DNA of 41,179 bases from a virus (Duplodnaviria > Caudoviricetes), in the IMG/VR virus record IMGVR_UViG_3300042347_000838, positions 1 through 41,179 of that record. The stretch is one strand, 5' to 3'. Made by a program: the position numbers and the translations under genes. This document shows, one piece after another, positions 19,346-28,991 of this stretch. How positions within the stretch are numbered: the stretch's first letter is position 1; the number at the start of each line of letters is the position of its first letter. The notes beneath the pieces are model-generated. The model saw only the letters and a list, made by a program, of their open reading frames with translations, was not told the origin of the DNA and made no database searches.

Positions 19346-19903
19346 TCAGAATAAATCTTCAGCTTGTGCACCTGCGGGAGCGCCACTAGGAGCGCCGTCA
19401 CCATCATCCTCTGGAACAATTGTCTCCGTATCTGCATTCTCGAATTCTTCCATAGGATTCGGAACGTAGATAATATGCTTGATAAGTTGAATACCCATCA
19501 GCACAGATGCAATACCTTTCTTTCCTTCAAACGTATACTCATGCTGGAATATGCGAATGTTCGCTCTGCTGCCATTACCAATAGAGTTCGGATCTACATC
19601 TTCCTGCTTTCCATTAACCACTTGGACTGGCTGAGCGGGCTCATCAGGAACACCATTCTTACCTTTCTTGATACTCTTCTTCTTGAGGTTAGCCCTCCAG
19701 TAAGAAATCTTCGACTCCTCATCTTCCGGATCTTCGCGCACAGAATGAACTTTGATGTTCAGCTCTTCCCAGGCTTTCTTCTGCTCCTTTGAAGTTGTAC
19801 GCATCTGAAGTTCCCAAGTAGGATTCAGAGGCGACATCTTCTTGCTAGGACGCTTAGGATCAAGCTTTGTAAACCAAATCTCTACGTTGTTTAGGATTGC
19901 CAT
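19346..19903 (-). CDS. ssb: single-stranded DNA-binding protein (T7 gp2.5-like)
   Basis: IGNGSRANI, LMGIQ, acidic tail ending in Phe; next to polA. Confidence 0.8.
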   Translation of the reverse strand: MAILNNVEIWFTKLDPKRPSKKMSPLNPTWELQMRTTSKEQKKAWEELNIKVHSVREDPEDEESKISYWRANLKKKSIKKGKNGVPDEPAQPVQVVNGKQEDVDPNSIGNGSRANIRIFQHEYTFEGKKGIASVLMGIQLIKHIIYVPNPMEEFENADTETIVPEDDGDGAPSGAPAGAQAEDLF

Positions 19904-19933
19904 TTTAGTTTTACTTTCTTATAGTTTTAATTT

Positions 19934-19954
19934 AAAAACCCCTTCATTGAGGGG
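19934..19954 (-). terminator. terminator-like hairpin
   Basis: CCCCTCAATGAAGGGG followed by TTTTT on minus strand. Confidence 0.55.
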
Positions 19955-19964
19955 CTGGTCCAGA

Positions 19965-19982
19965 TATCATTAATTTAACGGG
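19965..19982 (-). promoter_or_regulatory. putative class-2 phage promoter CCCGTTAAATTAATGATA
   Basis: Exact 18-bp copy at 36507-36524; both intergenic and in the same orientation. Confidence 0.65.
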
Positions 19983-19983
19983 G

Positions 19984-20430
19984 TCAGATTTTAAGATCTT
20001 CCTCGTCTAATTGTGCAAGCTCTTCCATTAGCTTTGCACGATGTTGATCACGCTTTTTCTGCTGCTCGACAGGATCTGGTAAAGCTTCCTCAATCCTGCT
20101 GAGATCAACGATACGAATATCTATCGGATCACTCAAACGGCGCAGCTTGCCTAACTCAGGATCACCATCAACAATATACGCAGTATCAAACACATCCAGA
20201 TCTTCTATATCGAGTATGATGCCTCTGCGTCCATTTATCGGAATAAAAATGCATTTCACTGGTGCTTTCTCCTTAATCCCATACCATTCATCAAACCATG
20301 CATGTGTCATAGAAGTCTTTCCCATTCGTCTGCCAGCTACTATGAGACTCTTTCCAATCGGCCTAATGTCGGCTAAGTTTATTTTTCCCATCCGCATTGC
20401 ATCAAGGAAGTCATTCTTACGAGGCTCCAA
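19984..20430 (-). CDS. hypothetical protein
   Basis: 148-aa ORF, C-terminal coiled coil. Confidence 0.6.
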   Translation of the reverse strand: MEPRKNDFLDAMRMGKINLADIRPIGKSLIVAGRRMGKTSMTHAWFDEWYGIKEKAPVKCIFIPINGRRGIILDIEDLDVFDTAYIVDGDPELGKLRRLSDPIDIRIVDLSRIEEALPDPVEQQKKRDQHRAKLMEELAQLDEEDLKI

Positions 20431-20614
20431 AAGCCTTCTCCCATGATTCCTTCGTAATGCCCGTCATCAGAAATTCGCGCTCATCTGCTGTCAGATTAGG
20501 CATAACATTTTGAATAAGCGTACCATTCTGCCAGTCCTCAAGCTGTGCGTCACTCACGTCGATTTCCATCGAGTTAGTTTTATTACTGAATGGGTCACGT
20601 CTTGTTATTAGCAT
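20417..20614 (-). CDS. conserved small phage protein
   Basis: LIQNVMPNLTADEREFLMTGIT. Confidence 0.7.
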   Translation of the reverse strand: MLITRRDPFSNKTNSMEIDVSDAQLEDWQNGTLIQNVMPNLTADEREFLMTGITKESWEKAFGAS

Positions 20615-20782
20615 CTCAGCCTTTCTATTTCATCAGGAGTCACGCTACTTCCCTCCATCAGAAATTCTATATCCCTGATGGAGGCCTTCTTTGGCACATA
20701 GTTTGCATTCGCGAAAAAGATCTTTTGTTCGGGATAATCCATAGGAATGTCACGTTCTTTCTCAACCCAATCAAGACCGCTC

Positions 20783-21289
20783 CTAAACCACCGTTTCACT
20801 ATCATCAGCTTTACTCCAAAACAGATTAGTGTTATCCATCGATCCAATTACATTGGCTGTTACGATTGCTGCAGGAATAAACCATACAGGCCCGCCAGAA
20901 TCGTTCCAAGCCATAAAGACCTCTACGAACGCTTTCTTATCGTCAAGCCACTTACACGTATCGAAACTACCTGGTCCATCTAGCAAGTTAGGCCAGCGAC
21001 CACCATGTGTGCCTGCAAAAGCTACATCACAGTACTCAATGTCCTCCAAGTCAGCTACAGCTTCTACTAACTTAAATTCGCCGCCCATGTAGCTGCTGTA
21101 ACTCTCATCTACGCTATCAATTCCAGATTCAAGCAGAAGACGCTCAGCTGCCGTCATTGTGGCTTCTATTACACCCATGTCCTCTAAACTTAGGAGAACG
21201 GAACTTATGCGTAAATAAATAGCCTCTGGAACTTTCCCCTCCCTGTACAGTCTATACGTCTCCCTGAAGTTCTTTCCAAGGTGTATCAC
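20783..21289 (-). CDS. hypothetical protein coupled to the RT-like gene
   Basis: GTGA start/stop overlap with RT; YMGGEF and NDSGGPVWFIP motifs. Confidence 0.65.
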   Translation of the reverse strand: MIHLGKNFRETYRLYREGKVPEAIYLRISSVLLSLEDMGVIEATMTAAERLLLESGIDSVDESYSSYMGGEFKLVEAVADLEDIEYCDVAFAGTHGGRWPNLLDGPGSFDTCKWLDDKKAFVEVFMAWNDSGGPVWFIPAAIVTANVIGSMDNTNLFWSKADDSETVV

Positions 21290-23541
21290 ACAATTGCTCC
21301 TTCACAATACAGATTCAGACCCTTGTTGGCGAGCTGTTTCCAGAGTCCAAACGGATACGACTCTGGCATGAAGCGATTGTCTTTTAGCGTAGCCCCGATC
21401 CTTTCCTTCACGAGTATCTGAAATTCAGTGTCATTGTAGCTAACTTTGAGTTCATCACAGATCTCAACTGACTTCAGAGACGGCCCAAAGTTTAACGAGT
21501 CTCCCCTCAGTTTCCTGGAGACGCTCAGTCTAGCAACCACTTCATTCAACTCAGCCTGACTAGTGACGATGACACTTTGGAACAGAGGTTTAACAACTGA
21601 ATGTGCTGCAGTCATCATTCCGGTAACTAGATAGCGCACATACTCAGACCTATGATACATGAGCGTATTGTCAAACTTTGCATCAGCCTCTTTTAGGATA
21701 GAAATAATCCACTTCCACTTAGATGGAAATTCTTCACCGATTATAACAAGCCTGCAGAGCTCTTTTCCTGTCAGAGGTGTTTGACGAATAGTGTAATGCT
21801 GCAGTATCTCGAGAATGTTAGCCTCTGTTACCTCTACATCGTCGTAATTCGTAATGCAGAGCTTCTGGTAGTTTTTAACAACCCACTCAGCTTCCTTGTA
21901 GTAGAACACCTTACGCATAGATTCTGCGCTGGAAAAGGCATTCACCTCTGGCAGGATATTGTGCTTCAGAAAGTCTTCAAAGCCAATAAGACGGATATCT
22001 GTGAAGATCGCATCTGTCCTGTAGCGCAATCCTGTTGGCAGAAAGACCAACTTCTTCAAGTTCTCCAGATACTCACCAGAGAACTTATAGCTCTTTTCAC
22101 TATTCATCTCCAAACCATACTTGCGTAGAGTGCTCTCAAGAGCTGTTACAGCAGCCTCTAACTGTGCCTCATCATCGTTAAAGAGCAGGGTGTCATCAAC
22201 GAAAGTCCTGTATGTTACTGTGAGGTCTTTCAAAAGATAGCTCATTACGACTGTAGCAATTGCATGCTCATAATTCGAGTCAATCGTAAGGAAGTCCTTG
22301 CCGCCACAGAGCATAGCTTTTCTGATAGCCGACAGCGCTCTCTCAACGCCTGCTTTTTGAGATTCATTAGCCAGAGCCAATACTGCGTCTTCTACTAGCT
22401 GATATGTAATTTTGTTAAAGAAGTCGCTGACGTCTAGGTATCTGCAGTGATGATAGTTCTTTGCAAGCTCCTCACAATCAGCAGTGTATAGATTGTAGGT
22501 ATGAATGTACGGCACCAGCTTATCATCCACAATACGTGTACCCAGATTACGTACATCCACGTTTATTGCAGAGTAAAGCGCAGTTGCACCTATAGCCATC
22601 AGAGTGTTATCGAAGTCTGAGCGAAACTTCATAATACGATCGCCAGCATTCTTTTCGCCATTCTTTGGTACAGGTCTATCCCGCTTATCGGCAAAATAGC
22701 TGCCATCATCCATGGCGATGATACGACTACGGAAAGCCTGATATTTGACATCATCCGCCGCTATACAGGCTTCGATAATCTGCGAATTGTGTGAACCAAA
22801 TGAAATGCTGTTACGCAGGTGATTGTACTGAATATGCCTAGCCACGTTATCTGCCAAGCCCCTCCTAGGGACGTCTGTGTAGCTCTTAGGTATATACGGA
22901 AATGCAATTGACTGCTTGATAGGTTGTCCTACTACATCGTACGCATAGGACATGCCAGTGGCGGGTACAAGCACATCGGTCTTCATAAGACCTAACTTGG
23001 CGATGAAGTTCCGTCGCGCACTCAGATCTTTTTCAGAGATATACAACTTAAATCCGACATCTGCCTGATAGAACTCGTGTAGTGTATTTGTACCGTCTAC
23101 ATAGAGGTCATCTTTCTTTGCAAACACATCAACGTTGGCGACACGTATCAAATTATTCTTGATATGCAGGTGGCACCACTTTAAATCATCGATGTCTGTC
23201 GGCAGTCCGAAACTAATAATATCACCGGTGGTAATATCGATCTCATAGTCAAATACAGCAGACACTTGCGCAGAGTATCTGAACTCGCTACGATCGCTTG
23301 CAATTACCTCATCAAGGGTCAGGCTACGAACTTGAGTGTTCTTTTGAGCATCACGAAAACGATGCGTTATATGACCCTCACCATCTCTCTTACGATATTC
23401 GAATCTTCCCGATAGCAATAATACATGGCCCTCCATAACTGCGCAGTCTTTGAACCTTTCGTCCTTTCTAAACGTCTCATCAAAGGCTAGGCTGATTTCC
23501 AATTGGTCTTTGGTTCTTACCGCTAGTAAAAATGCCTTCAT
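21286..23541 (-). CDS. reverse transcriptase-like protein (Abi/UG-type architecture)
   Basis: PVPKNG..DR finger motif (~aa 290), motif A LDVSDFF (22417-22437), degenerate motif B LTIDSNYEHAIA, motif C FVDD (22192-22203), LRKYGLEMNSEKS. Confidence 0.85.
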   Translation of the reverse strand: MKAFLLAVRTKDQLEISLAFDETFRKDERFKDCAVMEGHVLLLSGRFEYRKRDGEGHITHRFRDAQKNTQVRSLTLDEVIASDRSEFRYSAQVSAVFDYEIDITTGDIISFGLPTDIDDLKWCHLHIKNNLIRVANVDVFAKKDDLYVDGTNTLHEFYQADVGFKLYISEKDLSARRNFIAKLGLMKTDVLVPATGMSYAYDVVGQPIKQSIAFPYIPKSYTDVPRRGLADNVARHIQYNHLRNSISFGSHNSQIIEACIAADDVKYQAFRSRIIAMDDGSYFADKRDRPVPKNGEKNAGDRIMKFRSDFDNTLMAIGATALYSAINVDVRNLGTRIVDDKLVPYIHTYNLYTADCEELAKNYHHCRYLDVSDFFNKITYQLVEDAVLALANESQKAGVERALSAIRKAMLCGGKDFLTIDSNYEHAIATVVMSYLLKDLTVTYRTFVDDTLLFNDDEAQLEAAVTALESTLRKYGLEMNSEKSYKFSGEYLENLKKLVFLPTGLRYRTDAIFTDIRLIGFEDFLKHNILPEVNAFSSAESMRKVFYYKEAEWVVKNYQKLCITNYDDVEVTEANILEILQHYTIRQTPLTGKELCRLVIIGEEFPSKWKWIISILKEADAKFDNTLMYHRSEYVRYLVTGMMTAAHSVVKPLFQSVIVTSQAELNEVVARLSVSRKLRGDSLNFGPSLKSVEICDELKVSYNDTEFQILVKERIGATLKDNRFMPESYPFGLWKQLANKGLNLYCEGAIV

Positions 23542-23724
23542 TTATTCCTCTTTTGGTTGAGCGCTCGACCCTAGAGCGACTATCTTCTTAAGTCTTACCT
23601 GTCTTGCGTCGGACCACTTCTGTTCAGCTACAATGTACTCTTTAAACTTTACTTCTGTTACAGCCAGCCAATAGTCTTCATTAGCTTTAAGCCCTGCAAG
23701 TGTGTCAGGTACGTTCATCAACAA
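23542..23724 (-). CDS. small helical hypothetical protein
   Basis: Abuts RT start; contains its GAGGA RBS. Confidence 0.55.
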   Translation of the reverse strand: MLMNVPDTLAGLKANEDYWLAVTEVKFKEYIVAEQKWSDARQVRLKKIVALGSSAQPKEE

Positions 23725-24121
23725 CCTCTCCAGTTCTTAAGTTGATCGATACGGGTGAACCCACTCTTGCACTTACCTCGTTGAATTTAAGCATTGTTGC
23801 CCTTCCTAAGTCGATCCCTAGCGGGTGCGGCTTACAAGGAAGATCAAGACACCGTAGCGCCAGTAAGTCAAGATAGATTTGAGCGTCAGCTAGCTCCTTT
23901 CTTGCCTCAACAACATACTCATCAAATGTTAAGTCACCTTTCTTAAACTTCTTATGCCAGTTAGCGTACTCTCCAAGTTCGCCTATCAATGCCTCAAACC
24001 AATCGGACGGTGACCAATCGCTGCCGTCTGCTCTGCTATGAAGGACTGCACCATGTTTATTTCTAAACGTTGGTAGTCTTTGTATATTAGCAGCTCTTAA
24101 GCCATCAAATGTTAAGCTCAT
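23705..24121 (-). CDS. MazG-like nucleotide pyrophosphohydrolase
   Basis: GELGEYANWHKK...KELADAQIYLDLLA...KFNEVS. Confidence 0.8.
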   Translation of the reverse strand: MSLTFDGLRAANIQRLPTFRNKHGAVLHSRADGSDWSPSDWFEALIGELGEYANWHKKFKKGDLTFDEYVVEARKELADAQIYLDLLALRCLDLPCKPHPLGIDLGRATMLKFNEVSARVGSPVSINLRTGEVVDERT

Positions 24122-26415
24122 GCGAATGCGTACTCCGAGTCGAGGATTAATGTTAAGTCAAGATTTCCAATCTCGACACTGCTGATATCACCTTTAATAT
24201 CCCTCATGAGAGATGTCAAAGGGTCTGCTGCATACAACTCTACGAACGTCTCTCTAATGATGATAAATAAGTCAGCCATATCACCGAGTAGACACCCAAA
24301 GGAATCATGAATTGTTGTGACAGGAAAGTCTGCCCTACAAACGGCGAGAGTAAGATGAGCAGCATCAAGACTGTGAATCGCATTTGGTGAGGCTCCTTGC
24401 GCCTGTTTCTTCTTGCTAGGCTTTGAGTCCTCAAGAAAGCATATCGCCAGCTGCAGAGTATTTTCGTAATAGCCTGAGCTGTTGCGATCACCTTCAGGTG
24501 GCCCATACTGCACATAAATTTTCTTGACTGTACCTTCTGTGTAATGCTGCACCACAGGAAAGTTTGTTATTGGCACTGTCCATGAAAGGAACTCATTTAC
24601 AGCCTCTGCAGCTCTGCCTGCTTGCTCAAACACGGAGAGTAGTCGCATTGGCTTTTCTAATGAGGTTGCACAGTCCTCTAGGATGATCCTGCCCAGGTAA
24701 CTACCCCAAGCGTGCTCCATAGAGAATAGCTGCTCTATTCCATGCTTTCGTGCATCATCAATCACTTGCTGACCAAGACCATACGATGTCGCACCATACG
24801 AAAGTGTCATTACACCCCGCTTTACTAACTTGCGTTTGTGCTTGCTATCAACAATACGATGCCAATATACGCACGAGGATTTCTTTAAGATCCTCTCATT
24901 CTCCTTCTTGTATGCAATGATTTCGCTTATTAAATCTTTACGTCTATCAGACCTCAGTTCTGCTTCATTTATCTGACGTTTCTGATCAGCGACAGTGTCA
25001 ATGAAGTTGTTACACTCCTTGATTTCATGTTTCTGTAGCTTGGCAAGTTCGAGTGCAATCGTCTCCCACACATGTGTACCAACATATGCATAGAGGTCAC
25101 CTGGTAGATCAGACGGCACTAGGTTGACATATGGAGCTGTCACCTCGTCTTTGGTTAGCGCAGATAGATGCTGGCTACCATTATTACTACCATCGATGTA
25201 GCACTCAAGGTGTGACTCGTAGTCGTAGATGGAGCGCTCTTTACTTACAAGGATAATCCCGTTGATTACTGCGCTGTGCTCTTCTGTAATCTCAGGTTGA
25301 CTAGCCCACTCTTTCAGCTTCTTCAGCTCAAAGCATGCCGCAAGAAATTGCCAAGGCTTTTCAGCTTGCATCCAACCTTGATTCACCTTTGGTGATTCTG
25401 CGTATGATAGTAAGATCTCCTCATTATCAAGCGACCAGTACACTCTATCATTCAGCGGGATTTTATCTGTCTTAGCACCATCATCTCGCCCTGCATCTCC
25501 GGCCCAGTTACTGGCAATGGAGATAAGCAGCCAAAAATAACCCTGCTGTCCGATAGCCTTTTTATCTGCACGTAGCAGAAGTCCTTTTGCAAGGTCAGTT
25601 CCCTGCTCATGGAGATAAGCTGTTGCAGGGTATTTACGTCCCCTGAAATCGTAGTAGTAAAGGTGATAGAAGATCTGTCCAGTAAATCTCTTAGCAATGG
25701 ATCCAATTGCCTTAGCCTCCCTTATTTTAGACTGTTTGGCCTCTGGATTATGCATCTCCCAGATATCGGCAAATGCATCTGTTTTGTTTCTAAGTGCCCA
25801 AGTGTATACTGGATAGACATCTTCATTTATCTGCCAACCAACCTTTTGGGCTCTGTTGAGACACTCAAAGACAAGTGGATGAGTTTCAGGAGTGAGCTTA
25901 CGCAATACCTCACGATCCTGCGTCTTAACCATCATAACGCCTGTGTCATGCCGTGTACTCGTCCAAGGGCAGTATGGGGTCAAACTGGGAAGCTTCTCAG
26001 TTTTATCCAGCGTCAGGCCATCCCATAGACTACTTACCTTGTCATCATCTAATACCTCAATAGTGTAAGTGGCGTGGTGATTAGCCGCCTTTCCCAACAC
26101 TACTTTTATCAATCCTACATACTCAAACGTATATAAGATGAACGCACCCGCTTTTGCTGCCACAGCACTATCTCTCTTGAGTTTAGCTTTACTGCGTATT
26201 CCGTGCCCAATGGCACTTATCACTTCTGTCATAAGCGTCGTTTTCTTATTGACGCCTCTTCCCACTCTTGTGTATAAATATAGAATCGAAATCGACATGT
26301 TTATCATGTCTTCTATATTCAAGTCCTTCAAGAATTTGACCGGATTTTGAGGAGCTATCTCGGACTTAATTCTGTATGTTAAGGAACCAATTAATTTTTG
26401 TTTTGTGGTTTCCAT
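24118..26415 (-). CDS. T7-like single-subunit DNA-dependent RNA polymerase
   Basis: DFRGRKYP, IDGSNNGSQH, RKLVKRGVMTLSYG, PNAIHSLDAAH, IHDSFG; start 26415 preferred over 26469 on RBS grounds. Confidence 0.95.
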   Translation of the reverse strand: METTKQKLIGSLTYRIKSEIAPQNPVKFLKDLNIEDMINMSISILYLYTRVGRGVNKKTTLMTEVISAIGHGIRSKAKLKRDSAVAAKAGAFILYTFEYVGLIKVVLGKAANHHATYTIEVLDDDKVSSLWDGLTLDKTEKLPSLTPYCPWTSTRHDTGVMMVKTQDREVLRKLTPETHPLVFECLNRAQKVGWQINEDVYPVYTWALRNKTDAFADIWEMHNPEAKQSKIREAKAIGSIAKRFTGQIFYHLYYYDFRGRKYPATAYLHEQGTDLAKGLLLRADKKAIGQQGYFWLLISIASNWAGDAGRDDGAKTDKIPLNDRVYWSLDNEEILLSYAESPKVNQGWMQAEKPWQFLAACFELKKLKEWASQPEITEEHSAVINGIILVSKERSIYDYESHLECYIDGSNNGSQHLSALTKDEVTAPYVNLVPSDLPGDLYAYVGTHVWETIALELAKLQKHEIKECNNFIDTVADQKRQINEAELRSDRRKDLISEIIAYKKENERILKKSSCVYWHRIVDSKHKRKLVKRGVMTLSYGATSYGLGQQVIDDARKHGIEQLFSMEHAWGSYLGRIILEDCATSLEKPMRLLSVFEQAGRAAEAVNEFLSWTVPITNFPVVQHYTEGTVKKIYVQYGPPEGDRNSSGYYENTLQLAICFLEDSKPSKKKQAQGASPNAIHSLDAAHLTLAVCRADFPVTTIHDSFGCLLGDMADLFIIIRETFVELYAADPLTSLMRDIKGDISSVEIGNLDLTLILDSEYAFA

Positions 26416-26590
26416 ATGGACCTTTAAATTGACGTCAGTACAGGTGCAATGCACTGTAGGAGTATCCACCAGAAGAAGAAAAATAGTGCCATTCTAGCGG
26501 TACCGAACAGAAACTGCATTACGTATGGGATAAACATATCTATTATTATTATTTTAGATTCTGCCAGAATAGATTTCTGGATAGTAAAAC

Positions 26591-26612
26591 AAAAAAAAAA
26601 AAAAAAAAAAAA
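26591..26612. repeat. A22 homopolymer (T22 on coding strand)
   Basis: Direct count, preceded by AAAAC. Confidence 0.9.
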
Positions 26613-26630
26613 TAGGAGATCGAAAGAACT

Positions 26631-26664
26631 ACTACAGACCAACCCGTAAGGGCCGGCCTGTAGT
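26631..26664 (-). terminator. long hairpin ending the early region
   Basis: ACTACAGGCCGGCCC-TTAC-GGGTTGGTCTGTAGT, then pyrimidine-rich tail and T22. Confidence 0.7.
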
Positions 26665-26842
26665 GATTACTTCTTAGGTACTATTGTTGTCTTGATACTC
26701 TCCTTCAAAGCCCTGTGTGTCCTTTCAGATTCATGCAGCAACATCAAAAGGGACAAGGTAGATTCCCTTGGTTTCTGATGTAAATGCGTGCCGCATAGAA
26801 AGCCCAGTAGTCCGGATACAAAGCCCTCGGACGGGGTTTTCT

Positions 26843-27322
26843 TTACCTTTGCCATGGGCTAAAGCTCTTAACCCATGCCCAGACAGAACTTTGAGGAATC
26901 ACAGCCGCTTTCTGCTGTGCCACAACAACATCGCGTTCCTTCTTGACGACAACAACAGCTTGCGCCGTCTTGCCAAGTTGGGTGTTCAACGATGCGACAG
27001 TTTCGTTGCATTTGGCGCTTGCAATCTTGTAGCCCCTTTCAGTTGCAGCCAATTTTTCTTGCAGGCTGTTAAGGCCGGTAGCTAGCGTTTCTATCCGCTT
27101 TTCACAAAACTGCAGATCACCTGCCGCTTTGCTCACGCTCAGTTTGTTCTCTGCCGTGAGCTTAGAGACCGTGATACGCTCTGCATCGAGCTGTGCGTTG
27201 ACCTGATCCAGGCGTTGAAGAGAAAGGCTCACCAACAGTACAAAGAGTAGCGTACTGAAGGCGAGCACAAGCCGGTAGTTTCTGATACGGGTGTCGACGG
27301 ACACTTCAGCTAATTCAGTCAT
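26843..27322 (-). CDS. membrane-anchored coiled-coil protein
   Basis: N-terminal TM followed by heptad-rich region. Confidence 0.65.
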   Translation of the reverse strand: MTELAEVSVDTRIRNYRLVLAFSTLLFVLLVSLSLQRLDQVNAQLDAERITVSKLTAENKLSVSKAAGDLQFCEKRIETLATGLNSLQEKLAATERGYKIASAKCNETVASLNTQLGKTAQAVVVVKKERDVVVAQQKAAVIPQSSVWAWVKSFSPWQR

Positions 27323-27714
27323 TTTGAGACTCCTTTAATGCGCGGGTACATGCGAACTTCGCGGAGAACATTGCCCTCGTAAATGAGAACAACGTCGCTG
27401 TCTTCTGCAAATCGTACGGTGCGAACCGTGTCTGGCAATGGAGCGATGACCTCAGCCTTGACAACAGGCTTTACTTCCACGCTCTTTGCTTCAACAACCG
27501 GAACTGGCTTTGCATCTACAACAGGAACAGCTGCAGGACCGGCAAGGGGACAAAACTGGCGCACCACGATCTGTCCGGTAGACTTGCCAGGATCCTGAAC
27601 CCATGTGTCTACAACGACAGCCGTATCACAGGCATGCGCATTCGGCATACCGAGAAATACAGCAACAGCACCAATAATCAGTGCCAGAGTTTCTTTCATT
27701 GACATACCGTTCAT
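27319..27714 (-). CDS. putative exported protein
   Basis: Signal peptide ending AHA; Pro/Val/Ala-rich linker. Confidence 0.6.
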   Translation of the reverse strand: MNGMSMKETLALIIGAVAVFLGMPNAHACDTAVVVDTWVQDPGKSTGQIVVRQFCPLAGPAAVPVVDAKPVPVVEAKSVEVKPVVKAEVIAPLPDTVRTVRFAEDSDVVLIYEGNVLREVRMYPRIKGVSK

Positions 27715-27765
27715 TTGAGGCTCCTTTTGGAAATGGATCCCACCAGGTGGCAGGATCCGGTTGAA

Positions 27766-28206
27766 TCAACGACCCATCATGACCAACGCTTTTTGGTTGA
27801 GATTCGACACAGCATCCTTGGAGTACTCACCAAGATGATAGGCTTGCGCCTTTATCTCAGCGAGTCTCGATCGGTATGCGATGTCCAACGCGTACTCATC
27901 GAAGAAGCGTGTGATGCCGTAACCGTAGAAGTAGTAGATTACTCCATCGATCGTGGCTGCCAATACTACGACAGGCATTGTTGCACCGGCGGCACTGGCT
28001 GCGACTCCACCGAAGATGACGCCCATCGTACCGGTAATGACCGGCAGGATCTTTGGCTGCAGATCCTTGCTGATGTCATTGAACGCCTTCAACTGTTCCA
28101 TTGTATAGGAACGGGTGGAGCCATCCAAGAACGTCAACTTGATGCCATCCACCGCAGCTGCGTTGAAGCTGATCAACATTGCGAGCAACAGAAATAGCCG
28201 TTTCAT
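27766..28206 (-). CDS. signal-peptide protein with Gly/Ala-rich hydrophobic hairpin
   Basis: MKRLFLLLAMLISFNAAA; GVIFGGVAASAAGATMPVVVLAA. Confidence 0.65.
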   Translation of the reverse strand: MKRLFLLLAMLISFNAAAVDGIKLTFLDGSTRSYTMEQLKAFNDISKDLQPKILPVITGTMGVIFGGVAASAAGATMPVVVLAATIDGVIYYFYGYGITRFFDEYALDIAYRSRLAEIKAQAYHLGEYSKDAVSNLNQKALVMMGR

Positions 28207-28583
28207 TGTATTTCTCCTTGACTTAGTCGGTATTCGATGTACTTCGTGCAACGGCTGGATATATTGGCATGTGCCAAGAGTCCACCTAACATGCCGTACA
28301 ACACGCCACTTGTAGCAGCCAGCGGAACTACACTGACTTTAATCCAGTTGCCAAATGCAGGTTTCCCAGGAAAGTACGTTATGGCGGCAGGACCGCCAAT
28401 ACTCCCAACAGGCAAATATGCAGCCGTTAAGAGACCTACAGCGATGCCGATACCTGCACCGATACTGACGCCGATTGCTACAGCTTTCACGATTTCATCA
28501 TCGCTGCAATCTTGCCTGGCCGGTTCAGCGTACGCTTGCGCTGCTATTAGAAACATTGCGAAAAATGTCAACAGCTTTTTCAT
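28203..28583 (-). CDS. signal-peptide glycine-zipper protein
   Basis: MKKLLTFFAMFLIAAQAYA; GVSIGAGIGIAVG, GVLYGMLGG; two Cys. Confidence 0.65.
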   Translation of the reverse strand: MKKLLTFFAMFLIAAQAYAEPARQDCSDDEIVKAVAIGVSIGAGIGIAVGLLTAAYLPVGSIGGPAAITYFPGKPAFGNWIKVSVVPLAATSGVLYGMLGGLLAHANISSRCTKYIEYRLSQGEIQ

Positions 28584-28959
28584 GGTAGCCCCCGATTGTT
28601 GAGTTCACTTGATCCCGAATTTTTCTGGCTTTGGCATCCACTGCCTGTTTGTAGTCACGCTCCTGCTGTTCATACAGTGGACCCTCAAATGAATCGAGGT
28701 ACTGATATGCCAGAAAGCCTGTCAACAACGCGACGCCAGCCACTATCGGAACAGCTTCTCCCAATGCAAGTGCAATCGAGCCTCCTACAGCGCCACCCAC
28801 AACCGCCCCCGACGTCGCAATGTATCGCGATAGTGGCTTCTCGGTAGTTGGTAAAAAACATTCAGGCGGTGAGACTGATGTTCGGTGACGACAATCAACT
28901 GCATATGCATTACCTCCGAACAGGCAGGACAGCATCAATAATGTAAACAAGTACTTCAT
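28525..28959 (-). CDS. signal-peptide glycine-zipper protein
   Basis: MKYLFTLLMLSCLFGGNAYA; GAVVGGAVGG; AGGAG RBS. Confidence 0.65.
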   Translation of the reverse strand: MKYLFTLLMLSCLFGGNAYAVDCRHRTSVSPPECFLPTTEKPLSRYIATSGAVVGGAVGGSIALALGEAVPIVAGVALLTGFLAYQYLDSFEGPLYEQQERDYKQAVDAKARKIRDQVNSTIGGYHEKAVDIFRNVSNSSASVR

Positions 28960-28991
28960 GGACGTCTCCTTTAAATTGAACACCTGATTGG

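Noticed and set aside
21286-23541. RT as a DGR, retron or group II intron
   Set aside because: No TR/VR repeat pair or avd gene seen (tail-fibre end not repeated in window), no intergenic room for msr-msd, no VTG retron motif, no intron RNA flanks or YADD
18322-24121. Z-genome (2-aminoadenine) pathway suggested by DUF5664 and MazG
   Set aside because: No PurZ-like gene in this window; both families are common in ordinary phages
26510-26540. Possible inverted copy of the early promoter (AAACTGCATTACGTATGGGATAAAC)
   Set aside because: Lacks TGCGCAAA and ATCTTATATG; similarity too weak
26424-26649. Poly-Phe and poly-Lys ORFs over the A-tract
   Set aside because: Artefacts of translating the homopolymer; no RBS
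26843-27322. Rz/i-spanin
   Set aside because: Topology fits, but it is 8.5 kb from the lysis genes in an early cassette and no convincing nested lipoprotein partner was found
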